Source: a virus. Taken from it: a stretch of 58,461 nt of DNA. Below, one piece after another: positions 11,452 through 18,650 of the stretch. Location of the stretch: the IMG/VR virus record IMGVR_UViG_3300033417_000009; one strand, 5' to 3'. Below the pieces are notes generated by a model, which searched no databases, was not told the DNA's origin, and saw nothing but the letters and a program-made list of their open reading frames with translations. Numbering within the stretch: position 1 is the stretch's first letter; each line of letters begins with the position of its first letter. The translations under genes were made by a program, and so were the position numbers.

Positions 11452-11795
11452 CAGCGTACCCCCTTGTGCTCAAATGAAAAGTGGTTGCCGTCCGGGCGAG
11501 AAAATCGGCCGCCCCACCGCGCTAGCTCATGCTGGCGCTCCCACCACTCCCCCAGCGGTGTGTAGGCTTCGGATGTGGTCAGGTAGGTGCCGTCTTTGAA
11601 CAGGTTCAAGTCGATGGCAAGGCGCTGGGTGTGCAAAGAGTTGGAGATGCCTCGGCCGTCCCTAGCATACATGGCTGCTATTTCAGGGGCGCGGTAGGCT
11701 TCACCCAGTGTTACATCAAAGCCCATCCCACGGGCTACTATCAGCAACCACCCGATGTGCTGCGCAAACAGGGATTGTTTTTCTCGTAACGTCAT
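11451..11795 (-). CDS. Endolysin, peptidase M15 (VanY / L-Ala-D-Glu peptidase-like)
   Basis: Zn-ligand motifs of the M15 family are present: SNSLHTQRLAIDL (H..D) and WGGRFSRPDGNHFSF (terminal H). It is 114 aa and lies among membrane-protein genes. Confidence 0.8.
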   Translation of the reverse strand: MTLREKQSLFAQHIGWLLIVARGMGFDVTLGEAYRAPEIAAMYARDGRGISNSLHTQRLAIDLNLFKDGTYLTTSEAYTPLGEWWERQHELARWGGRFSRPDGNHFSFEHKGVR

Positions 11796-12040
11796 CGTGT
11801 TAGGTAGTCCAGCAGCACCTTACCCAGCGTCACCACCGCCCCGGCCGCAGCGCCGATCATCGCCACCCGCACCTGAAGCACCGCCAGATCCACGTTGTGT
11901 GCGCTGATTTCCTTCTGGCAATCGTCTATGCGTCCGTGAAGGGAACGCTCCACTTCGCGGGTGCGCTCATCGCACCGGCGAATCTCGGCCAGCACGAGGT
12001 CTCTCTGAGCGGGCCAGCCGCAATCGTAAGGGTGTTCCAT
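11792..12040 (-). CDS. Small coiled-coil protein with C-terminal TM segment (82 aa)
   Basis: The C-terminus VAMIGAAAGAVVTLGKVLLDYL is hydrophobic. The gene is translationally coupled (overlapping start/stop) with both neighbours. Confidence 0.55.
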   Translation of the reverse strand: MEHPYDCGWPAQRDLVLAEIRRCDERTREVERSLHGRIDDCQKEISAHNVDLAVLQVRVAMIGAAAGAVVTLGKVLLDYLTR

Positions 12041-12642
12041 CAGCGTATCCCCAAGCGCGAACCGATCTCAACGACCAGCGACAACTCCCCGAACCCCAGC
12101 ACCACAAACAGAATGGCCGTGTGAATCGCCATCGACGCCCACCCCGATCCGCCGTGGAGCAAGGGCATGCTGGCTGCGTAGCCGACTACGCCGAAGCAAC
12201 CCAACAGCACCAACGCCAGCGAAGCGTACGACGCCCAGCGCAGCACCGCCCACCGCCGAACAGTGAGACACCACAGGGATACTGCGAAGACGACGAAGCC
12301 CAACGCCGTGTGCGGGGCCATCCGGCCCGGCGTGCCCGTGCCATCTGCGTCGCTGACAAAAAGGTGGTCAACGCCGAGGTCGCCAACGCCGTACTCTATC
12401 AGGTGGATGGCGGACCAGAGACTCAGAACAACGGCCACGGCTCGCACCACCCATCGCCAGCGAATGAAAATAAGGGCAGTCGATGAGATGGCGAAACCCA
12501 ACGCCGTCGCGAACTTCATTGACACTTCCCCCGCGATCGGTTGACGCAGCCATATGGCGCGGTCATCGCCAGCCCAGTTGAGCCACCCGAGCCACGCGGC
12601 CATCACCAGCATCGCAACGACGAACACCACCAGCGCCATCAT
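12040..12642 (-). CDS. Polytopic membrane protein (200 aa, about 6 TM)
   Basis: Six hydrophobic stretches. The motif GRMAPHTALGFVVFAVSLW resembles N-terminal membrane sensor domains of bacterial signalling proteins. Confidence 0.65.
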   Translation of the reverse strand: MMALVVFVVAMLVMAAWLGWLNWAGDDRAIWLRQPIAGEVSMKFATALGFAISSTALIFIRWRWVVRAVAVVLSLWSAIHLIEYGVGDLGVDHLFVSDADGTGTPGRMAPHTALGFVVFAVSLWCLTVRRWAVLRWASYASLALVLLGCFGVVGYAASMPLLHGGSGWASMAIHTAILFVVLGFGELSLVVEIGSRLGIR

Positions 12643-12872
12643 TCGTGCCTCGCGTGCTGTTCGTCAAGTAACTCCCGCCGCCCCTCCAGCTTGCCCCGAG
12701 CCATGGCGGCGGCGCGGATTTCTTCGCGCATCTGCGCCAGCGCGGAGTTAGTGTTGACGTGGGTGCTCATGGCGATCTGCTTCGTGCGCCACGTGAGCCA
12801 CGCCGTAATCAGGAGCATCAACGGCACCACGACCGCCTCGATGAATCGCACGCTAGCCACGATCAGGTCCAT
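12639..12872 (-). CDS. N-terminal TM plus coiled-coil protein (77 aa), i-spanin-like or holin-associated
   Basis: Taken from the internal Met: MDLIVASVRFIEAVVVPLMLLITAWLTW followed by the charged helix ...REEIRAAAMARGKLEGRRELLDE. The upstream extension in the ORF track is Arg/Ser-rich and not protein-like. Confidence 0.5.
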   Translation of the reverse strand: MDLIVASVRFIEAVVVPLMLLITAWLTWRTKQIAMSTHVNTNSALAQMREEIRAAAMARGKLEGRRELLDEQHARHE

Positions 12873-13209
12873 TCGGCACCTCGAAGATGGGCTTGATGAT
12901 TGGCTTCGGCGTCGGCGTCGGTACGCCTTGCGCGTGTGCAGCAGGCACGAGCGAAGCGCCGGAGATTGCCTTCTCGATGCCCACCCCGGTTTGCGTCGTG
13001 CCAACCGCGCTGGTGAATATCGTCAATGCGGCGACGAAGGATTGCGTTGCGAACTTGAGCCCCCTTTGCTGTCCGCGTTCTACTGTAACCGCAACTCCCA
13101 AGATCATGCTTAACACAATCACAACCCAGACGGGTGACACAAGGGTTGCTCCAAACTGCGCTGCGACCATGACCGCTGCCCCGTAGCTCAGGACCTGCGC
13201 GTCCTTCAT
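12853..13209 (-). CDS. Membrane protein (118 aa, 2-3 TM), holin candidate
   Basis: Taken from the internal Met: MKDAQVLSYGAAVMVAAQFGATLVSPVWVVIVLSMILGVAV... The upstream extension looks non-coding. Confidence 0.5.
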   Translation of the reverse strand: MKDAQVLSYGAAVMVAAQFGATLVSPVWVVIVLSMILGVAVTVERGQQRGLKFATQSFVAALTIFTSAVGTTQTGVGIEKAISGASLVPAAHAQGVPTPTPKPIIKPIFEVPNGPDRG

Positions 13210-13243
13210 CGCCCGTCGTTCTCCACGAAGCGGGTGCGGCCCG

Positions 13244-13444
13244 TTACCCTTGCTTAGCGAGGCCCCGGCTGATGGCGTAAGCGGCGGTGGAAATGCCTGC
13301 AACAACTGCTCCCCACGGGTCAGGCAGGAAGCCCGCGATCTGTGCGGCCACCGCCCCAACGCTCGTCAACACGGTTGCCCAAAACTCTGTGGTGGTGTAT
13401 CCGACCTTGACCACCTTACGCGACATTTCAATCGGCTCCGGCAT
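13244..13444 (-). CDS. Small two-TM protein (66 aa), holin candidate
   Basis: SD gaggg precedes the ATG. TEFWATVLTSVGAVAAQIAGFL and WGAVVAGISTAAYAISRGL are two TM helices with a charged C-terminus. Confidence 0.55.
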   Translation of the reverse strand: MPEPIEMSRKVVKVGYTTTEFWATVLTSVGAVAAQIAGFLPDPWGAVVAGISTAAYAISRGLAKQG

Positions 13445-13655
13445 CTACATGACCCTCCTCGGTCTCTATACATACTTGGACGGGTGTCGGCAAACACTTC
13501 ACCGTGGCGTTCAAGCGCGTGGTGATAGCGTCTTGCCACGTGACCACGGTCGGGTCTGGCGGGGGCTGCCGCAGCTCAACTGCCACAGTGCAGCCACCCA
13601 CCAACCCCAGCACCACCACCCCACTCCACAACGAAGTCGCGGCAGCGAAACTCAT
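13428..13655 (-). CDS. Small lipoprotein (75 aa), o-spanin-like
   Basis: The lipobox is VVLGLVGG/C, followed by the Pro-rich stretch RQPPPDPTVV. The start overlaps the upstream stop (ATGA). Confidence 0.5.
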   Translation of the reverse strand: MSFAAATSLWSGVVVLGLVGGCTVAVELRQPPPDPTVVTWQDAITTRLNATVKCLPTPVQVCIETEEGHVDAGAD

Positions 13656-14659
13656 TGCGTTTCCCCGGTCAGCTCAATGCGCGTGAGCAAGGCGGCACCC
13701 TGCATCGGCCCCACGCAGTCGACGGAAGGGGCGCGGGTGATTGCCAGGATGCCATGGCTCGCAGCACAAGTGCCGGCGGCAGTGCCCGCCGGGCACGCTG
13801 TGCCGGCCTGGTCTGCCGGAGTGATATTGAAAGCGGTATGGATGTCCGCGTTGGCGATGTCCCCGGCACTGGTTTGCGTGGCGGTGGAGAGAGCCACGTT
13901 GGAGGCGGTGTTGAAGCCCCACGCCTGGCCGGGGCGCGTGATCTCCCACACAGCTTGCCAGCACACGCGGGTGCCCGCCGCAGGCGTGATCGCCGGTTGC
14001 CACGTGAGGTTGACGGTGATAGTGTTGGTGATGACAGAGCGGGGGAACATCACGTCGCAGTGGAGACGCCGCCCTGCGCTGTCGTGCAGGAAAGAGTACG
14101 CTTCCTTGAGCGGAATGTTTGGGCCGGGGGCGTTGGAGGGGCAGCCGTTCCCCAGGTTCGTGGTTGCTATGCTGATCTCGTTGCCGAGCACGTTGGAATC
14201 CCCGTTCGAGTCAGCCGCCGGGCACGACGCAAGCGGCTCCGCGCCGCTAAGGATGTCCACCGCCGTCTCAATCTCAGAGCTCGTGACCACTCCATCAAGG
14301 TCACAGTCACCAGTGCACTGGCAGAAGCCGCTCAAGCAGAGCTGCCGCGGCGCGTCCACGCAGTCGGCCGACGTAGTGCAAGCGACCGGCCCAGACGCCG
14401 ATGCATCAGCCAGCGTTGCCGCCAGGAACCCATCCACGCTCACGCCCGTGCAAGCCGTGGCCGGGAACGAAAGCGACCAGGTGCCGGCGCCCGCCGCCGC
14501 TGGCGCAACCGCGAGCGCCCCCAGCGCCAGGGCTGCCCAACCCCGCCGCCAGAGGCGCCGCACCCACAAAGGCCCACAACCGACCATGGCCCCACCCACT
14601 ACCACAAGCGCCCCCGGGCGCGCAAGCCACAATATGTGGGGCTGGCCCCGTCGGGGCAT
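13652..14659 (-). CDS. Secreted protein with dockerin-like Ca-binding repeats (about 335 aa; start uncertain, 14659 or 14587)
   Basis: Signal-like RRLWRRGWAALALGALAVAPAAAGAG. Two EF-hand-like loops, GDCDLDGVVTSSEIETAV and DSNGDSNVLGNEISIAT. The C-terminal half is similar to the 9666..10259 protein. Confidence 0.6.
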   Translation of the reverse strand: MPRRGQPHILWLARPGALVVVGGAMVGCGPLWVRRLWRRGWAALALGALAVAPAAAGAGTWSLSFPATACTGVSVDGFLAATLADASASGPVACTTSADCVDAPRQLCLSGFCQCTGDCDLDGVVTSSEIETAVDILSGAEPLASCPAADSNGDSNVLGNEISIATTNLGNGCPSNAPGPNIPLKEAYSFLHDSAGRRLHCDVMFPRSVITNTITVNLTWQPAITPAAGTRVCWQAVWEITRPGQAWGFNTASNVALSTATQTSAGDIANADIHTAFNITPADQAGTACPAGTAAGTCAASHGILAITRAPSVDCVGPMQGAALLTRIELTGETQ

Positions 14660-14739
14660 GGCCCATGGAATGAGTCGTTCGAGATCATGAAAAAATCGGT
14701 GTTGAACGTGCCCATTTCCGCGGCGCGCACACGCCCCCC

Positions 14740-14822
14740 GGGGTAGGGTAAGGTATCTCCGGCGCCTTGCGGCGCAAGGGTTTCCAGCTCCCACCGGCTT
14801 CTTTTCTGGGTCACCCTACCCC
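14740..14822 (-). promoter_or_regulatory. Structured element in the probable leader of the minus-strand operon
   Basis: The 10-bp arms ggggtagggt (14740-14749) and accctacccc (14813-14822) enclose the hairpin ccttgc-ggc-gcaagg (14765-14779). Confidence 0.3.
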
Positions 14823-14838
14823 AACGAAGCGTCACAGT

Positions 14839-14861
14839 GTTGACGCGCAAAAAATGTCAAC
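14839..14861. promoter_or_regulatory. Inverted repeat GTTGAC-N11-GTCAAC in the divergent control region (operator candidate)
   Basis: Read directly: gttgacgcgcaaaaaatgtcaac. The same arms with N12 occur at 27983-28006. Confidence 0.45.
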
Positions 14862-14983
14862 TCTGCACGTTCGTTCGCGGTTCGCCGGCCGCGGCTCTAC
14901 GTGCGCGGCGTGGCACAGCGTGGCACGCATCGTGCACCGTACAGAGGGTGAGCGGCAATGGTGCCGTTCCAAGAAGGAGAGAG

Positions 14984-15361
14984 ATGTACATGTACCATTA
15001 TTTAGAAGCAAAACGAGAAGAGGACGCGCACGCACTGCCTGACGTGGAGATATGGCGAGACACTATATGTGTAGTGTCTTGCGATACTTGCGGCGAATAC
15101 GATGTGCCGCAATGCGTCGCGACCGCTACCACAGACGCGTGGTGCCCATCATGCGGTCGTGCATGCGAAGAGCTTACGCTCGGCGGTAAGCGCGCGTGGT
15201 GGTACCGATTCGGCGTGCTTGGCTACATGCCTGATTCGGACTGCTTCGGACCATTCGAGTCCGAAGCCGCCGCGTACGAAAACGCGCGCAAAAACGCGGG
15301 GTATTGCCCACATGGCGCGGCGGACGACGCGCCGTGCGAAGCGTGCGATTCTGGACGTTAA
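14984..15361 (+). CDS. Cys-rich (Zn-binding) early protein (125 aa)
   Basis: SD aagaaggagagag precedes the ATG. CDTCGEY...CPSCGRAC...CEAC motifs are present. Confidence 0.6.
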   Translation: MYMYHYLEAKREEDAHALPDVEIWRDTICVVSCDTCGEYDVPQCVATATTDAWCPSCGRACEELTLGGKRAWWYRFGVLGYMPDSDCFGPFESEAAAYENARKNAGYCPHGAADDAPCEACDSGR

Positions 15362-15367
15362 AGTAAC

Positions 15368-15393
15368 TGACATTTGTCATATGACATTTGTCA
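15368..15393. promoter_or_regulatory. Two tandem 12-bp near-palindromic operator-like sites, TGACATTTGTCA-TA-TGACATTTGTCA
   Basis: Read directly. Each unit has the arms TGACA/TGTCA, and the period is 14 bp. Confidence 0.55.
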
Positions 15394-15449
15394 CTTAACA
15401 TCCCAACGTCGAAACGTCCGACCTCGAAGGGATAGAGTAAAATAACAGC

Positions 15450-15471
15450 GTTAATTAACAATGTTAATTAA
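15450..15471. promoter_or_regulatory. Two copies of GTTAATTAA (a third copy at 24947-24955)
   Basis: Read directly: gcGTTAATTAAcaatGTTAATTAAaacg. An 18-bp GC palindrome, cgccgggcgcgcccggcg, follows at 15519-15536, just before the SD of the next gene. Confidence 0.4.
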
Positions 15472-15551
15472 AACGCCTGGTGGTTGCCCGGCCGCCGGGC
15501 GCCGGGCTTGACTTGTTGCGCCGGGCGCGCCCGGCGAAAGAAGGAGAAAAC

Positions 15552-16298
15552 ATGATGGACACGTACAAAAACTGGCGCCCTACAGCGTACGACCGTGGGG
15601 GCGCGTTCCTGCGCGAGCGGCAAGCGTGGCTGGTGGTCCCGACAATCCACACGCGGGACAGTGATACGCTCGAAGAAAGCAACTTCGCTACTGCATTAGC
15701 GCTACTCGGTGGAGAGTCTAAGACGGTAGAAGTGCATCGTTTCGGCCATTGGGGTCCGGGATGGTGCGAGATTATCCTTGTTGCGCACGGCTCGCCCCAA
15801 GCGGAAGTTGCAAAGAATATCGAACGCCAGCTTGAGCAATATCCCGTGCTCGATGACGACGATTACGGCAACCGGGAGTATGAAGAGTACCTTGAAACGG
15901 CAGAGTCCTCCGTGCCAACTTGCTATTCCACCGACTTCACGCCAGAGGAACGGGCGCGAATCATTAGCGCTTTCGGCGACCAGTATGGTTACGACATCGA
16001 CAGCGTTAGCAAGGAAGCTCTGCGAAGCGTTGCCGTGGCGCTTGACTTCGCCGTAGAAATTGACGGCGAGCTATACCATCACAGCGACGTGGCAATCAGC
16101 CACGAACCTGCTTGGCACGTGCGCGAGAATGGCGCTGTAACGCACATACCGGCCAGCACCGCCCAAACCCCTGCTCAAGCTCGCTGGCTCGCTCTAGCGT
16201 CAAATATGGCTGAAATAACAGGCCCCAGTGAAACAACGGTCACGCGGCTATGGGTACGCCGCGACGGCTGCCCTGAATACCCACAAGAGGAGGAATGA
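15552..16298 (+). CDS. Hypothetical early protein (248 aa)
   Basis: SD gaaggag precedes ATGATG. The sequence is acidic and protein-like (MMDTYKNWRPTAYDRGG...HRFGHWGPGWCEIILV...YPVLDDDDY). Confidence 0.65.
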   Translation: MMDTYKNWRPTAYDRGGAFLRERQAWLVVPTIHTRDSDTLEESNFATALALLGGESKTVEVHRFGHWGPGWCEIILVAHGSPQAEVAKNIERQLEQYPVLDDDDYGNREYEEYLETAESSVPTCYSTDFTPEERARIISAFGDQYGYDIDSVSKEALRSVAVALDFAVEIDGELYHHSDVAISHEPAWHVRENGAVTHIPASTAQTPAQARWLALASNMAEITGPSETTVTRLWVRRDGCPEYPQEEE

Positions 16299-16300
16299 CA

Positions 16301-16677
16301 ATGAGGCACGAAGTAAAACCAGTTTATACTTTCGATGAACTGAAAAAAGATGCCCGGGAGCGGGCGCGCACGTGGTGGCGTGAGGGCGCTCTTGACCATG
16401 AATGGTGGGACCACGTTTACGATAATTGGCTTGATCTAATGGCGACGAACAGGAACACGAATGCGCGGACCCGTGCGACTGTACACCGGCAATGGCCACG
16501 GCCATCACCAAGGGCAACGAAGCAAGCGAGCTATTCCAAGAGTTTACGACCGACGCCGCTTACTTACTCTTTCGTTGGCTCGAAGAAGAACACGACTGGT
16601 TGCTCTCCGATGAAAGCGCCGCCGAGAACATCACGGCCAACGGTTATGAGTTTGACGAAGATGGGCGCGTGATTTGA
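16301..16677 (+). CDS. Conserved-looking small phage protein interrupted by an apparent frameshift near 16436-16441
   Basis: Frame 2 reads MRHEVKPVYTFDELKKDARERARTWWREGALDHEWWDHVYDNWLDL and then becomes Arg/Pro/Thr-rich and not protein-like. Frame 1 opens at 16435 and reads SNGDEQEHECADPCDC...LFRWLEEEHDWLLSDESAAENITANGYEFDEDGRVI. Confidence 0.5.
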
Positions 16678-16699
16678 AAGGGAAAGGGAGAGAGAAAAC

Positions 16700-17311
16700 A
16701 TGCGTATACCAAAACAAATCCTTGCTTTGCACAAGGTAGCATCTACGGATTCCAGTCGGCCAGCGCTGCAAGCAATCAATTTCAACCGTGATTCAGGCGG
16801 CAAACCATGGGCAACCGCAACTGATGGTTTTGCCCTAGTTACAGCTACGTGGGTAGAAACAGACGCGCCCGATGAAAGAAAACAGATTAGAACCACTGTA
16901 CCGACACCCGCAATTGTCGCTATCGCACGCGCCACAAAAGAGGACGTTATGTTAGACTCAACCGCACGAACGTTGCGCGCCGAAAACAGCATACACCATT
17001 ACGAATATGACAAGAGCTTTCCTGACGCGTTGCAGCTAATAGAGCCAGACCGAGAAAACGTGGCCCAGTTTAGCATTGACGCTTGCTTGTGGATTAAGAC
17101 GCTGCAAGCGCTCGTTGCGGTTGTGGGTGTCAATCGCAAAAAGCAATGCCATGTAGTGATGGAAATCGCAGCCGACAACGGCGCACCCATCAACTGTTAC
17201 GCCGATAGCTCTAATGTGGACGTGCAAGCGTGTGCTGTAATCGCGAAATTTGCCGCGCCCTTGAACACACAAGCCAAAACCAAAATCACCATACGCAAAC
17301 AGGGCAAGTAA
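16700..17311 (+). CDS. Short DNA sliding-clamp (DnaN)-like protein (203 aa)
   Basis: SRPALQAINF...ATATDGFALV resembles the DnaN motif sR..L.gv...l.avATDghRL. KSFPDALQLIEP resembles the clamp fPdy..viP motif. Confidence 0.5.
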   Translation: MRIPKQILALHKVASTDSSRPALQAINFNRDSGGKPWATATDGFALVTATWVETDAPDERKQIRTTVPTPAIVAIARATKEDVMLDSTARTLRAENSIHHYEYDKSFPDALQLIEPDRENVAQFSIDACLWIKTLQALVAVVGVNRKKQCHVVMEIAADNGAPINCYADSSNVDVQACAVIAKFAAPLNTQAKTKITIRKQGK

Positions 17312-17349
17312 AGTTCCCCGCTCCCGGCACCCCACAAAAACGCCGCAAA

Positions 17350-17565
17350 CCCTTGCGCCACATGACCAAACCCCGCCCCGAGAAAGTTCCACTATTCCGG
17401 CCCCCCTTAAGCCGGGGGTCGGGGGGTCTAGGTAATAGATTGTATATAATAAAAAATATATATTCTTTTTATTTCTATGACCCCCTACCCCCCACCAACC
17501 CCCCTCTTTTCCAGCCCGGAATGGTGGAACTTTCGATTTTACCCCCAGCCCATGTGGCGCAAGGG
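17350..17565. other. Origin-like region: long imperfect inverted repeat flanking a ~50-bp AT-rich core
   Basis: Arms: cccttgcgccacatg (17350-17364) pairs with catgtggcgcaaggg (17551-17565). gaaagttccactattccgg (17382-17400) pairs with ccggaatggtggaactttc (17516-17534). The core 17429-17480 reads taggtaatagattgtatataataaaaaatatatattctttttatttctatga in an otherwise GC-rich genome. Confidence 0.5.
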
Positions 17566-17657
17566 CTCCAGGCACCACAGCAAACGAACGAGCGTGGGGA
17601 ATTTTCCCCTTTCCCCACCCATTTTTGCGCGTTCTGGCGGTGAAAATGGGTGTTAGG

Positions 17658-17686
17658 TTGACATCTTCAACGACTCAAGATATGAA
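17658..17686 (+). promoter_or_regulatory. Sigma70-like promoter TTGACA-N17-TATGAA
   Basis: Read directly. It lies 44 nt upstream of the ATG at 17730, which has the SD aaggagg. Confidence 0.5.
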
Positions 17687-17729
17687 CTGCCGTACACAAA
17701 AACTCACAATCCAAGGAGGATCAAACTAA

Positions 17730-18449
17730 ATGTCTCAAGTCATAAACAAGGCGATATTACCCGGCATCGTCGAAAACCTGCCTGTTTTCTGCACCATTAC
17801 TCACGCACTGCACGGTAAAAATTGGCGCCTGTCAATTACGGGCGTCCATGGTCCCCGTGCTGACGGTAATTGTTACGGCTCATGTGGACAGATAATAGAC
17901 ACCGTGCGTCAAATTCTACCCGCTGCCCTGGCTCCCGGTTGGACTTTCGCAATGCTTGCAGAGTTTTGCGACGCGTGGGAGCGCTGGCACCTAAGCGATA
18001 TGTGCGCCGGGTGTTCTCACCAGCGGGACAACTGGAACACCTCTGCAATGATCGAAGTGGTTGAATACGGGTTAACAACAGGAGCGCTTACGCTGCGCAA
18101 ACAAGCAATTGAGGCAGCCGCTAGAGCAACGGCGAATTATGAACTCGCCGATCTAAATTACACGGCTCGGGCGCTCATATTGTTAGAAGACTGGTTTAGC
18201 CCGCGTTACTCGCCCCCGGACGCTGATTCACCGCTCTCGGGTTGTTACGAGGTGAAAAAACGCTGCTTGAAAAGTCGCAAGCACGTGCTCCAAACGGAGC
18301 ACCCGGATGGGTTGCTTCTCAAACCGTGCGAAGTATGCGACTACCGATACGGCTCCAAGTGGCTCTATGAACCCGTGCCTGCGCAAGTGTTAACATTTCT
18401 TGCCGGGTTGCCGGATGCTGAGCAAGATTTGCCCGCCGCGTGGCGATAA
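17730..18449 (+). CDS. Hypothetical Cys-rich protein (239 aa)
   Basis: Strong SD. The sequence contains WERWHLSDMCAGCSHQRDNW and CEVCDYRYG. Confidence 0.65.
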   Translation: MSQVINKAILPGIVENLPVFCTITHALHGKNWRLSITGVHGPRADGNCYGSCGQIIDTVRQILPAALAPGWTFAMLAEFCDAWERWHLSDMCAGCSHQRDNWNTSAMIEVVEYGLTTGALTLRKQAIEAAARATANYELADLNYTARALILLEDWFSPRYSPPDADSPLSGCYEVKKRCLKSRKHVLQTEHPDGLLLKPCEVCDYRYGSKWLYEPVPAQVLTFLAGLPDAEQDLPAAWR

Positions 18450-18481
18450 CAATCAATCGGATCGGAAAGAGGAGAAGAAAA

Positions 18482-18649
18482 ATGAAGTTTACAATCACAG
18501 TAGAAACTGACAACGCCATTTTTGAAGACGGCGCAGCAGGCGCTTTACGGGTGATGTTACTGGGGCTTCTTAATCGGCTAGAGCCTGCCAACTCGGGCGT
18601 CATTCGAGACGCGAACGGTAACACCGTTGGCCACTGGGAGTGGCGATAA
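18482..18649 (+). CDS. Small hypothetical protein (55 aa)
   Basis: SD agaggagaag precedes the ATG. Sequence begins MKFTITVETDNAIFEDGAAGALR... Confidence 0.5.
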   Translation: MKFTITVETDNAIFEDGAAGALRVMLLGLLNRLEPANSGVIRDANGNTVGHWEWR

Positions 18650-18650
18650 G

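Noticed and set aside
13287-14746. Plus-strand ORFs of 467 aa and 363 aa opposite the dockerin-like gene.
   Set aside because: Their composition is Arg/Pro/Ala-rich and not protein-like (RRARCAGLVCRSD..., PPPEAPHPQRPTTD...). The minus frame has a signal peptide, Ca-binding loops and a paralogue elsewhere in the genome.
14740-14822. The stem-enclosed 83-nt element, considered as a tRNA.
   Set aside because: The 10-bp closing stem and internal pairing fit neither strand to a cloverleaf. There is no T-loop GTTCRANYC and no D-arm or anticodon-arm geometry.
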